A stretch of 64,000 nt of DNA from Podarcis gaigeae (Eukaryota): assembly GCA_964106915.2 (NCBI GenBank), contig OZ066916.1; one strand, written 5' to 3'. Of the stretch, positions 46,401-54,446 are shown one piece after another; the stretch's first letter is position 1, and every line of letters starts with the position of its first letter. The notes beneath the pieces are model-generated. The model made no database searches and was not told the origin of the DNA. It saw only the letters and a list, made by a program, of their open reading frames with translations. Made by a program: the position numbers and the translations under genes.

Positions 46401-47879
46401 CCTACCCAGCTCCCAATCTAGTGGGATTATTCACCCTAGGTGAAATGCCAACAACTGTCACTGTTCTGTAGCTCAGAAATTTCCAGGCTTGCTAATCTAT
46501 TTTGGACCCTCACTGCCACTGCCACCCCGTTCCTGTAATTTCCTGGGTCTGCGGGTGTGCAGAAGGTTGATTCTGGCCAGAAAAATGTAGAATGAGGCTT
46601 TGGGTGATCCTTCCAAGTGCCGTGCATCTGGTGTGGCAGGGCATGCGCACCATGCACTTCAAGTGAGTAACATGAAGCTTGGGGGAATTGTGGAAAAGAT
46701 CTAAGCTACACTGGCAGGAGGCTGAATCACATGGGTCTCTAGGTACCAATGAGGCCTCTTACATGCCTCCCAATATGGACTCAACTGCTCAGATGATCAT
46801 AGGAACATAAGAAGTTCCCATATATCAAACCAGACCTGTTCCATCTAGCTCAATATTGTCTCCATTGACTGGTAGCAGTTTCCCCAGAGTTTTGGACAGA
46901 GGGATTTACCTGCCCTACCTGGAGATCCTAGGGATTGAACTTGGGCCCTTCTGTATGCAAAGCATTGTGTTCTAATGGAGGCTGATTCATCGGGGCAAAT
47001 GGGGAAATGCCCCCCCGCACCTCAGTTTGCCTGTAGCCAGCCCACTCCTGCCTGCCTTCTTACTTAAAACCAGTCTAGGGCAGGGCTGGATTAAGGTTTG
47101 ATGAGGCCCTAAGCTACCGAAGGTAATGGGGCCCTTTATATGTCTAGCTGTCCTTTGTCAACAACAAATTGTCGTTGTTTTTTGTGTTGAATATATGCTA
47201 TATGGTAATTTTAGGGAGCAGGCTAGCAGGCAGGGTCCATTACTTACATCATAGGAGCCTACACAACACAAAACACTGTTGTTTTATGTAGGTTTTATTT
47301 TATTTGTTTTTTATCTTATATTTTGAAAATCTACATCCAGGTTTTTTCCTTTAATTTTTTTGGGGCCCCCCAAGAGAGTGGGGCCCTAAGCTATAGCTTG
47401 TCTAGCTTATACGTAAATCTGGCACTGGTCTAGGGGCTGGCACTGGATGCCAGCTTCTTCTTCCTTAGTCTGAGTTTTGCCATTGCAGAACTCAGTAGGG
47501 AGGAAGACGGGGTAAAAACCAGAATTAGTTGGCTGTACTTGTCCTTGGCTCTTACTCCACCTGCTGTTGTCTCCCTGCCTTACACATCACCACCAGTCCA
47601 GATGGCCACCAGTGAGTATTCATCTGCTTTGTTCCTGAGCGATGACCTTTCCACAGATTAAGTGGTAAAGCCAAAATGGTTCCCTTCAGAATCAGGACTA
47701 CTGACTCTTGCTTGCAGACTCTTAGATCCCATGATGCAGCAGCAGCAGCAGCTCTACCAAGATGGAAACAAAGAAAACTTTGGGGAAACTTTGAACATGT
47801 CCAAACAGATTCCCTAAGTAGGTTCTAACAGTTATGTTCTCTCTTTCTCTCCCAGTGGCTGTGTTGCACATTGGTTTAA
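7235..47879 (+). CDS. CAPN8: Calpain-8 (nCL-2) large catalytic subunit, whole gene span, 21 coding exons, 2109 nt / 702 aa
   Basis: All 21 exons have GT-AG boundaries and join in frame (237,70,119,134,169,84,86,75,161,176,12,212,37,66,58,65,69,79,117,59,24 nt), the classical calpain exon layout. The catalytic motifs QGELGDCW, GHAYS and RNPWG fall at codons 105, 262 and 286. The N-terminal [30 protein letters not shown] and the C-terminal QLSLAEWLCC.LV match CAPN8 rather than CAPN1/2/9 as I recall them. Confidence 0.93.
8717..8960 (+). mobile_element. Tc1/mariner(pogo)-type MITE
   Basis: CAGTGGTACCT...AGGTACCACTG TIRs, TA TSD and internal 16-bp repeats GGTTACATACGCTTCA. Confidence 0.88.
9919..10152 (+). 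mobile_element. Same MITE family, rearranged copy with two left ends
   Basis: TA-flanked. The right ~60 bp is the reverse complement of the left arm rather than the normal right arm. Confidence 0.8.
10836..11018. mobile_element. hAT MITE
   Basis: ..GCCAACT / AGTTGGT.. inverted ends, 8-bp TSD CAACATGC. Confidence 0.7.
11263..11332 (+). CDS. CAPN8: CAPN8 exon 2
   Basis: ttttcag|[28 protein letters not shown]|GTAAGT; 70 nt. Confidence 0.95.
12259..12377 (+). CDS. CAPN8: CAPN8 exon 3 (catalytic Cys105, TGC at 12264-12266)
   Basis: cttccag|[18 protein letters not shown]...GIFHFQ, |GTATCT; 119 nt. Confidence 0.96.
12757..12890 (+). CDS. CAPN8: CAPN8 exon 4
   Basis: ggtcag|[48 protein letters not shown], |GTAAGC; 134 nt. 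Confidence 0.96.
13797..14187. mobile_element. Inverted copy of the same hAT-like element, abutting the exon 5 acceptor
   Basis: Reverse-complement similarity to 40396-40660 and 41120-41256. It ends in CATCCATA, 6 nt before exon 5. Confidence 0.6.
14194..14362 (+). CDS. CAPN8: CAPN8 exon 5
   Basis: ctgcag|[24 protein letters not shown]...LLGCSID, |GTGAGT; 169 nt. Confidence 0.95.
14450..14925 (+). mobile_element. Degraded CR1 3' fragment
   Basis: Remnant [13 protein letters not shown] motif and a CR1-like 3' UTR. Similar old fragments lie at about 53000-53280 and 24960-25480. Confidence 0.65.
15187..15270 (+). CDS. CAPN8: CAPN8 exon 6 (catalytic His262, CAT at 15241-15243)
   Basis: ccctag|[31 protein letters not shown], |GTAAAA; 84 nt. 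Confidence 0.95.
15282..15305. repeat. (TG)n 11 nt downstream of the exon 6 donor
   Basis: Seen directly. Confidence 0.9.
15356..15817 (-). mobile_element. Old LTR-like element; a partial second copy lies at about 9622-9850
   Basis: Both sites share TGTTG...ctgagc...gaaatgaggcacagtgga...tttgtgata...ttatttac...acaacctgag..tatgatggagg. The ends are TGTT...AACA, and no clear TSD is visible. Confidence 0.45.
16659..16744 (+). CDS. CAPN8: CAPN8 exon 7 (catalytic Asn286, AAT at 16701-16703)
   Basis: ccacag|[31 protein letters not shown], |GTACGG; 86 nt. Confidence 0.95.
17849..17938. mobile_element. 90-bp hAT MITE
   Basis: ATGGCTGTCAACTTT / AAAGTTGACAGCTAT TIRs, 8-bp TSD ACTGAAAT. Confidence 0.8.
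19063..19440 (-). mobile_element. RTE-clade LINE 3' fragment
   Basis: The minus strand encodes [39 protein letters not shown], the RTE ORF C-terminus with a zinc knuckle, disrupted by stops. Confidence 0.8.
19733..19807 (+). CDS. CAPN8: CAPN8 exon 8
   Basis: cctgcag|[26 protein letters not shown], |GTAAGA; 75 nt. Confidence 0.94.
20800..20960 (+). CDS. CAPN8: CAPN8 exon 9
   Basis: ggcag|[22 protein letters not shown]...[14 protein letters not shown], |GTAATG; 161 nt. Confidence 0.95.
23542..23717 (+). CDS. CAPN8: CAPN8 exon 10 (C2-like/CBSW domain)
   Basis: ttacag|[20 protein letters not shown]...[25 protein letters not shown], |GTATAT; 176 nt. Confidence 0.95.
24467..24478 (+). CDS. CAPN8: CAPN8 exon 11 (12-nt microexon, VPKE)
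   Basis: Long pyrimidine tract, then ttgcag|GTGCCAAAAGAG|gtacat. It supplies the expected V/IP.E between YQ and L..Q.DVHL. Confidence 0.88.
25100..25235. mobile_element. Palindromic hAT MITE (GGACTACAACTCCCATC / GATGGGAGTTGTAGTCC family)
   Basis: Hairpin structure with 8-bp TSD GTTTAGAC. Degraded copies lie at about 570-850, 3580-3690, 5710-5822, 17110-17230, 18945-19045, 29270-29390, 31515-31650, 37330-37450 and 62230-62345. Confidence 0.85.
25523..25597. repeat. Compound microsatellite (GCT)n-(ACT/GCT)n-(TG)n
   Basis: Seen directly. Confidence 0.95.
26603..26948 (+). mobile_element. Sauria SINE, full length
   Basis: tRNA-derived head GGGACGCAGGTGGCGCTGTGGGTTAAACC with B box GGTTCGAATCC, (ACCTTT)n tail, 12-bp TSD ACATGCTGTAAA. 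Confidence 0.92.
27288..28110 (+). mobile_element. Solo LTR (823 bp, Gypsy- or ERV-type) in CAPN8 intron 11, sense orientation
   Basis: TGTCAG...CTGACA inverted termini, exact 5-bp TSD GCGGT (27283-27287, 28111-28115), AATAAA at 28037 and TATA-like CTTAAA near 27933. CpG is retained, suggesting a young copy. It interrupts an older LINE tail. Confidence 0.85.
27328..27984 (+). CDS. LTR-internal ORF, 218 aa, acidic/Ser-rich with an Arg-rich C-terminal motif; function unknown
   Basis: The frame is open from LTR base 2 (27289) to TAG 27984. The ATG context GAGATGG is a good Kozak match. Translation is unproven. Confidence 0.35.
   Translation: MESEGEESEGSVGDDSGPRDSMSLSSESEDSQKGAPVAKGRGFPRGTPQEQGGSRDSQSSSWKSGPASPPERSGGEESQASGPVHSPPGREDETGLTTPPSESLTTGGRSDPASVPEGGSSDTSSVMVRRKVTGLAREASSNVQERGTAENEDWEPGPKARRRQGELLSDSALEESRKGNAPAGRRTQRRREQRKRWSRARILNWCQRGGDSDGTSPI
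28376..28587 (+). CDS. CAPN8: CAPN8 exon 12
   Basis: cactag|[36 protein letters not shown]...[23 protein letters not shown], |GTATGT; 212 nt. Confidence 0.95.
29886..29922 (+). CDS. CAPN8: CAPN8 exon 13
   Basis: cacag|[13 protein letters not shown], |GTAAGC; 37 nt. Confidence 0.9.
30331..30396 (+). CDS. CAPN8: CAPN8 exon 14
   Basis: cttttag|[25 protein letters not shown], |GTAAGA; 66 nt. Confidence 0.9.
31962..32019 (+). CDS. CAPN8: CAPN8 exon 15 (penta-EF-hand, EF1)
   Basis: ctgcag|[22 protein letters not shown], |GTAAGT; 58 nt. Confidence 0.92.
32087..32783 (-). mobile_element. CR1 LINE 3' fragment (5'-truncated), young
   Basis: (ATTCTATG)n tail and an uninterrupted 192-aa ORF2 C-terminus ([17 protein letters not shown]...[24 protein letters not shown]) at 32163-32741. 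Confidence 0.95.
33382..33446 (+). CDS. CAPN8: CAPN8 exon 16
   Basis: gtatag|[23 protein letters not shown], followed by the U12 donor |GTATCCTTT; 65 nt. Confidence 0.94.
35132..35383 (+). mobile_element. tRNA-derived SINE (Squam3-like) with L2-like 3' end and (CTT)n tail
   Basis: A box TGGTGTAGTGG, B box GGTTCGTGTC, core GGGTGACCTTGGG..AGTCAC. Older degraded relatives lie at about 3030-3110, 16350-16560, 17250-17420 and 62710-62910. Confidence 0.75.
36240..36595 (-). mobile_element. Sauria SINE, full length, antisense, inside the U12 intron
   Basis: Reverse complement of the same family, 12-bp TSD GTTGTATGGATA. Confidence 0.92.
38320..38388 (+). CDS. CAPN8: CAPN8 exon 17 (EF2)
   Basis: ctgcag|[26 protein letters not shown], |GTAAAA; 69 nt. 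Confidence 0.93.
38568..38922 (+). mobile_element. Sauria SINE, full length, intron 17
   Basis: Same family, 14-bp TSD CCCATGGACAGCTA. Confidence 0.92.
40301..40379 (+). CDS. CAPN8: CAPN8 exon 18 (EF3)
   Basis: cttag|[30 protein letters not shown]|GTCAGT; 79 nt. Confidence 0.94.
40396..41256. mobile_element. Old hAT-like non-autonomous element (TAGGGATG-type ends) with two nested insertions
   Basis: Ends TAGAGATG / CATCCCTA. The body (CTTTGCACTTCTCTGAATTTTGCAATGCAG..) recurs inverted at about 13797-14187 and again at about 50000-50250. Confidence 0.6.
40660..40851 (+). mobile_element. Related mariner-type MITE subfamily nested in an older element
   Basis: TA-flanked, with ..TACCTTGGGTTACAGATGCTTCAGG and GCAACCCAAGTGTCCACTG ends. 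Confidence 0.7.
42203..42288 (+). mobile_element. Penelope-like 3' end fragment
   Basis: GATGAAGTGGACTGTAGTCTACAAAAGCTTATGC...TCTTTAAAGTGCCGCAAG resembles the reptile Penelope terminus. Confidence 0.55.
43061..43177 (+). CDS. CAPN8: CAPN8 exon 19 (EF4)
   Basis: acatag|[40 protein letters not shown], |GTAAGT; 117 nt. Confidence 0.95.
44246..44304 (+). CDS. CAPN8: CAPN8 exon 20 (EF5)
   Basis: ctcag|[21 protein letters not shown], |GTAATG; 59 nt. Confidence 0.93.
45265..45715 (+). mobile_element. L2-like LINE 3' fragment with (TTA)n tail
   Basis: AGGGCCTTTTCA..CTGGCTCC..CCTGGTGGAATGCTCTGCC and GGGCGGGGTATAAATAAA(TTA)n. Other L2-like remnants lie at about 5880-6090, 18280-18500, 20040-20130, 29400-29620, 31050-31280 and 39300-39520. 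Confidence 0.7.
47081..47427. mobile_element. Non-autonomous hAT element
   Basis: CAGGGCTGGATT...AATCTGGCACTG imperfect TIRs, 8-bp TSD GTCTAGGG. Confidence 0.85.
47856..47879 (+). CDS. CAPN8: CAPN8 terminal coding exon 21 (WLCCTLV-stop)
   Basis: Strong pyrimidine tract, cccag|TGG CTG TGT TGC ACA TTG GTT TAA. Confidence 0.92.
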   Translation, partial: WLCCTLV

Positions 47880-48021
47880 GACGGCGTTTTGCAAGTCATT
47901 TGAGAGCTCCACAACTAGCACTTCTGCAGATAAGCTCCTACAAAGCAGTTGAAAGATATGAAGAAGGAAATCAATTTCTGCGCCCGCCAATACGTTTTAA
48001 CGTAAACAGGTCATTCAGAAA

Positions 48022-48027
48022 AATAAA
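48022..48027 (+). terminator. Probable proximal poly(A) signal of CAPN8
   Basis: First AATAAA, 143 nt after the stop, with a T/GT-rich element near 48060-48085. More AATAAA copies at about 49326, 49367 and 49544 could give longer 3' UTRs. Confidence 0.55.
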
Positions 48028-50754
48028 CACATCTATTTGGAAACAATGACTTGCTATCATTCCCTCTGTTTCTGATGTTCAGATTGTGGGTACCGTTGCT
48101 TAGGTAGCCAAAATGGCAGCACCCTCACACAAGAGGGAGTTAGCCTAATGAACAGAAGGGCTGACTTACGATAAGTAACTGAATACATGCACATGACCCA
48201 TTTAAGGAACCCCTATCATAAGACCTGAGTCTGAAATTACCTTACTTCTCCACAGCTTGGGAAAGTTTGTAGAAGTAAAAAGAATCTTTTGGGGATAAGC
48301 TCTAATTCCGCCCCCCCAAACCCCCCACACATCTCAATGAGGATTGAGTATATGCAACACATCAGGCTCTAACTTTTGGGCTGCAGGTCCCATTTGAAAC
48401 GAAAGTATCATCATATTGTAGCATTCTCAAGCTTCAAAACAGTGATTTGATTCCAAATACATAGCATGGAAGGAAGTAAACAAATGTGAGTTCAGTCAGG
48501 ATCCTTTCTTTCTGTCAGAACAGTCAGAAACATGCGTCTTGCAAGGCTCTTCTTTACAGTTCATGCATTTCATACTTTTGTTTGTAGGTTCTGATATTAC
48601 AACTGACCCCTTTTTGAGACATGACTCTACATGTTTTCAAAAGGTGAAAAAACGCAGCATCTATATCAAGCAGCTCTGAGACACGCCATAAAGCAAAATG
48701 GGCCAAAAGCAAAATGGGGCAGTGAGAGATGAACTTGCAGTTCATGCAAGGCAGGAGATGGCTGGAGAAAAACTTTGCAGAAAAAAACCCCAAGACATTC
48801 AGGAGGGATTGACAGACAATGGCCAGATGGTGGTCTGCTTCTTGGCACCAGCACCCTCAGAAGCAACAGACACCAAGTCTTGGAGCTTTGAACAGCCAAC
48901 AAACCCTGGACAAGTGTGTGGTCTCCAGCTCCATACAGCAAAATCATTTTGCTTCCTAGAGTGCCCTCTAGCCTGTTAGTCCAGTAGAAAGACTGGGATG
49001 GACCAGCTCAACCTCATACTGTATTGGGGTCTTCTGCAATCCTGACCAGAATCAAGGAACGGATCCATCCTATGCACCACATATGGATAGCTCCTTTTAG
49101 AACAGGAAATTAAAAGTTATATATGGAAGTGTTGCACTGTAGGAAGGATGCATGACTTGACTGTCCCAGCTTCACTTCTCCTTCTCGGTTGATTAAAAAA
49201 ATGCTGCAAGTTCACATTGTTTGTTTCCTTCATTTGTTGAGGAATGAGGACATTGTCATGCCTCCTTTCATCATAAATATTTCAGGGCACTATGCACATC
49301 AAATTTCCTTAACAACATAAAGTGCAATAAAATACAATCAGCACAAAAGCATCAATCACAGGGAAATAATAAAACTGATACACCATTTGGATCAGATTCT
49401 CAAGCTTTCGTTTAGTTCTTGGACTTTGGTTCAACGTTATTGCTAACCCATTAAACAGCCTGGTGCGCTCTGTTTTACTTACATATTCACAATCTTACAT
49501 TCTCAATCATCCCTTTGCACCCTTGTCACCTTCCATCTTAAAAATAAATATGACTGAAAAACCCAATCAGGATGCGGTGGATCTTCCTCAAAGGGGCTGT
49601 GCAATCAGCTTGTTTGATTTGTGGCTGTTGTATTTGGGTAAGGATGACGTAACGGGAAAGATGATAAAATGTGACAGCAATCTGCAAGCAAATATGGACT
49701 GGTGCAATCTAATCAAAAGAAACAAGAACTTGTTCAATGCGAATCTGTTAATTAAATGCTGAGGAGGCGGTGCAAGAACAAGCACAGGGAGTTTAATCAT
49801 ACATCAACATTGCTGACAGGTCAGGACAGTGCTCCTCCAGCACACCTGAGAGTGGCAAATCTAGCTTAGGAGGCCAAGCTATGCAGCACAAACAACTCTG
49901 TCCTCCACACCTTACCAACACCCCCAGCACCTGCCTCCTGGTGCAGCTGCCTCACTTTGCCTAATGCACACATGCACACAGGGTACGCTGTAAACGGTGA
50001 TATCAGAAGGAAATGAGACAGAATCTACCTGATTTGTGCTTCCCCAAACAATAAGTGACCCAAAACATAGCTAGCCTTCAAAATTTCCTCTTCTCTAAAT
50101 TTGCAATGCAGTTTTCCAACCAAATAATGCTTACAAAAATGAATATATCAGGGGAAAGTGTGCATAAAGGCATTTTTGGTGAAAATAAGATACAGAAATA
50201 CACTGTATTGCATATGAAATTTGGGCAAGATTGCATACAAATATTTGTAGAGACTAGGGTGATGTCTGTTCTTTCTAGGAACTCTTCTCATTGGGAGACT
50301 TTTATGGGTGTGCTGAGAGTTTGTTTGGACGCTGGGTAAGAACCTAGAGGCTGGGAGGGAGGGTGTGTCAGAAGGAAAATGAATTGATACTGATTTTTAT
50401 ATATTAGTAATTGTGTTTTAATGTAACATATTTATATGCTGTGTATTTTTGTAATATTTTAGGTTGTTGCTTCCTTTTCGTACACTGCTTAGAGATGTTT
50501 TTTAACATATTAAGAGGTATAGAAATTAAATAATCCACAATCAATCCATCCAATCTGCAGCCTGACGCTGACTGACTCAAGCTATTGACCTTCAGGTTAC
50601 TCCCTGCCTGTCTGGCTTTGTGTGCCTTGGATAAACAGTTTTGCCTGATTAAGAGAGGACACTGGCATACGGCTGAGTTGGATTTCATGATGACTGGGTG
50701 ATAATCGCACTGCCCCAAGCACCTTATCATTGTTACCTCCACAAAGCAGGTATA

Positions 50755-51419
50755 CAGTAGTACCTTGGGTTACAGATGCTTCAGGTTACAGACGCTTCAG
50801 GTTACAGACTCTGCTAACCCAGAAATAGTATCTTGGGTTAAGAATTTTGCTTCAGGATAAGAACAGAAATCGTGCTCCGGCAGCGCAGCGGCAGCAGGAG
50901 GCCCCATTAGCTAAAGTGGTACCTCAGGTCAGTGGCGTAGCGTGGGTTGTCAGCACCCGGGGCAAGGCAAGTAATTTGCGCCCCCTAACCCGGGGCAAGG
51001 CAAGTAATTTGCGCCCCCTAACCCCTAACCTGCCGCCGCTGCCAGCTTCTTCTTGCTGCTTCCTGGTCAGGTCTGGTGTGGTTCTCTCCCACGCTCAGCG
51101 CTGCGCTGGGCGGCCGCTGCACTGTCCCTCCCCCAGATAGTCCCTCGCTCTCTCTCTGCACCGCATGCCTGGCACCCCCCCCTCCACAGTGGGCGGCGAC
51201 CTGGCGGCTCGGATCGGATTCGCACAGCCAGCACTGCAGTGAGAGAGAGTGAGTGAGCCAGGTAGGGGCAGAGAGCTGTGAGTGCGAGCGCGCCCCCCCA
51301 GATGTTGCGCCCGGTGCGGCCGGCCCCCCCATGCTACGCCACTGCCTCAGGTTAAAAATAGTTTCAGGTTACGAACGGACCTCCAGAGCGAATTAAGTTC
51401 TTAACCCGAGGCACCACTG
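50755..51419 (+). mobile_element. Same mariner-type MITE, interrupted by a hAT insertion
   Basis: TA-flanked TIRs; the sequence resumes after 51352. Confidence 0.88.
50930..51344. mobile_element. Non-autonomous hAT element, GC/CpG-rich
   Basis: CAGTGGCGTAGC...GCTACGCCACTG TIRs, exact 8-bp TSD CCTCAGGT, internal 33-bp tandem duplication. Confidence 0.9.
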
Positions 51420-52387
51420 TACAAGGTTAATGGGACTAAGTGTCTGTTTTAGGCTGAGAAAACCGCAACGCCTTCACAACTTAAATCCAGGAATGTGTCA
51501 TCGGCGGATGAGAGGAGCTCAACTCCAAAGGGGCCTGCAATTCCCCCATCAAGCCCTGTTTACCCCAGGAGTCTAATGATCTCCTTCCAGCTTTGCGCCA
51601 GCTCCAGGAATTTCCTTGCCTCCCTCCCCCAACTCTGTAGCATAGTGAGCCACCAGCAGGCAGTTCCACATTCTTTTTCTCCCTACACCTGCTGTTTGTA
51701 AAAGCTTATTCTCAGTCATGAAGGCAGCTCATAGCAGGTGTGAGAAGAGTCAAGCACATGCAAAATGGATGTTCCTATTCCTTTTCTCTTCATCAGGCAA
51801 GATATCCTAATTGCATTATTGCTTACACCCATCTCAGTAGCATCCTCTCCCCCACCTATTCCGGCAGAGCATCATGTTGTACTCCATTGTCCTTTATCTT
51901 TGGAGGACAGGCCCTTCTGGAGGAAGCACGGCTCCCTTTGTTTGTGCTTTGAGCACAGAACTCAGGTAGCTTGTGTCAGACAGCCTCTGAAAAGCAAGGA
52001 CTCTTCATGGCATCTGCTTTCCCTTTCCTCTCGAGGCTGCATCTGCGAGAAGCTGATTGAGGCTGTCGTGCGTCTCTTCATCACACTACGAACTGAACAA
52101 GTCGGTGCTCATCAATCCCTCTTCTCTTTATAGTATTAATAACTTGCTTCCCCAAATGCCCTGCAAGCCACTTCAACACGACACCCAACAGAATGGGACA
52201 AGCTTGGGTGAAGGAGCCAAGGATCTCCTAGGCCAGAGGTGGGGAATTTAAGCCTGAGGGCCAAATGTGGTTGTAGAAAACTCTGCTGTTTGCATATCTG
52301 AAACGTGGCCTACTGTACAAAGGTAAGAAGCGCATCCATTGCCCAACTCACTTTTGCCTCTGGCGACGCCCACCACTCCAGCCTCCA

Positions 52388-52802
52388 GTGAGAGCTGGAC
52401 CATAAAGAAGGCTGATCGCTGAAGAATTGATGCTTTTGAATTATGGTGCTGGAGGAGACTCTTGAGAGTCCCCTGGACTGCAAGAAGATCAAACCTCTCC
52501 ATTCTTAAGGAAATCAGCCCTGAGTGCTCACTGGAAGGACAGATCGTGAAGCTGAGGCTCCAGTAGTTTGGCCACCTCATGAGAAGAGAAGACTCCCTGG
52601 AAAAGAACCTGATGTTGGGAAGATGGAGGGCACAAGGAGAAGGGGACGACAAAGGACGAGATGGTTGGACAGTGTTCTCGAAGCTACGAACATGAGTTTG
52701 ACCAAACTGCGGGAGGCAGTGGGAGACAGGAGTGCCTGGCGTGCTCTGATCCATGGGGTCACGAAGAGTCAGACACGACTAAATGACTAAACAACAACAA
52801 CA
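52388..52802 (+). mobile_element. BovB (RTE) LINE 3' fragment
   Basis: ESWTIKKAD..RIDAFELWCWRRLLRVPWTA..SN.SILKEI and RRRGRQRTRWLD motifs, a GGGGTCACGAAGAGTC...(CAA)n tail, and 9-bp TSD CCCACCACT. It is nested in a hAT-like MITE at about 52233-52883. Confidence 0.9.
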
Positions 52803-54137
52803 CCCACCACTGGCATGTGGCTCCCAGAAGGTTGCCTTTGAGGCTTTAAAGCCCTCAGGCTTTAAAAAGGACTCCACCTCTTGATTCTTCTTCTATCATT
52901 GGGCAGGGAACTACCAGCCGGGGGATTCAGCTGGGCCCCCAAGATCTTCCTACAGCCCATACTCTACTCATTATTATGCCACTTATGGCAACTTAGCCAA
53001 TCCAAGATGGTCTCTGTTTTCTGTTGCTCCAGAGGGTAGGACTGAACCTGTTGGTTCAAATTACAAGACGGGATTTCGACTAAACCATTGTAGGAACTTC
53101 CTGGTGGTACAACCATTGATAGTAAAACCAAACTGCTTTGGAAGAGAGTGGACTCTCCTTCCCTAGAGGTTTAAAAGCAGAGGTTGGCTGGCCACCAGCC
53201 TGGGATGCTATAGCAGCCGATTTCCTGCAGTGGCAGCAAGTTGGACTAGACCTTTGAGGTACCTCCCAACCGTATGATTGTAAGGTAAACAGCATGATCA
53301 ACAAAGGCTTTAGCATTAAGTTCTCCCTTGGTGACCTCAATTGCTCTCCTTTGGTGGTAGTGTTAACTCTCTGATGTTATTTCCTTAGTGGGATTTTAAG
53401 AGCCCTGGGTCTCCATGTTGCTGCATCACAAAGGAGTGAGTCAGAAGGCAGAACCAATGCGGCAGGCCTTCCTTTCAGCCTTACTTCACTCAAAATAATG
53501 GTTAGTAGTGGCTCACCAAGTACTTGAGAATTTGGCCTAATTTTTAAGGATACATAATAGCTAGGTATTCCTTTGAATTTCTATTTGATTCTTCTCTCCA
53601 GTATCTCTTTGCTAGCTTCTCATTGGTTCAGTCCAACATAATACAGGATTATCTGCTTGAGTGAGGTCTTCTGGCTGTTGCATGCCTCACTAAAGCACAT
53701 AATTATACATTGTCAAAAACTAAGGCATGATTCTGGGATTGCACAAATGTTGCACTGGCATTACAAGCAGAAAAACCAGCATGACTGTTTAGGATAAGGG
53801 ATTATCCTAGGGATAAAAGAGTTGCTGATGAGACACAAGGTTAACTCGCCATGCTGTGGTAAGGCCTTAAAACGCGCGCACACACACCTTTAGATTCCAC
53901 TGTTTTGGTTTATTATTGTGTAGTCCATATGCCAGCAGTACTCTTAAACTGCTAATCTGATTCTTCAATGTGTATGTAGCCCTGTCCAAAAATTTACCCA
54001 CTGAGGAATCAGGTTAGCAGTTTGAGAGCACTTCTGAGTAGCTATAGCCCAGAGTATTCTTGCTCATCTTAGACTGATGCTACCTGTGCCCTTTCCTGGA
54101 GAAAGCGAATCTGGCCACTGTCACTCATACCTTAGAT

Positions 54138-54446
54138 CAGGGGTCAGCAACCTTTTCCAGCCACTGTCCCTCAGACCATGTGGTGGGCTGGACTATATTT
54201 TTTTGGGGGGGATGAACAAATTCCTGTGCCCCACAAATAGCCCAGAGATGCATTTTAAATAAAAGCACACATTCTACTCATGTAAAAACACCAGGCAGGC
54301 CCCACAAATAACCCAGAGATGCATTTTAAATCAAAGGATACATTCTACTCATGTAAAAACATGCTGATTCTGGGACCATCTGCAGGCTGGATTGAGAAGG
54401 CGGCTGGGCTGGATCCAGCCCCCAGGCCTTAGGTTGCCTACGCCTG
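54138..54446. mobile_element. Non-autonomous hAT (Charlie-like) element with an internal ~70-bp tandem duplication
   Basis: CAGGGGTCAGCAACCT...AGGTTGCCTACGCCTG TIRs, 8-bp TSD CCTTAGAT. Confidence 0.85.
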
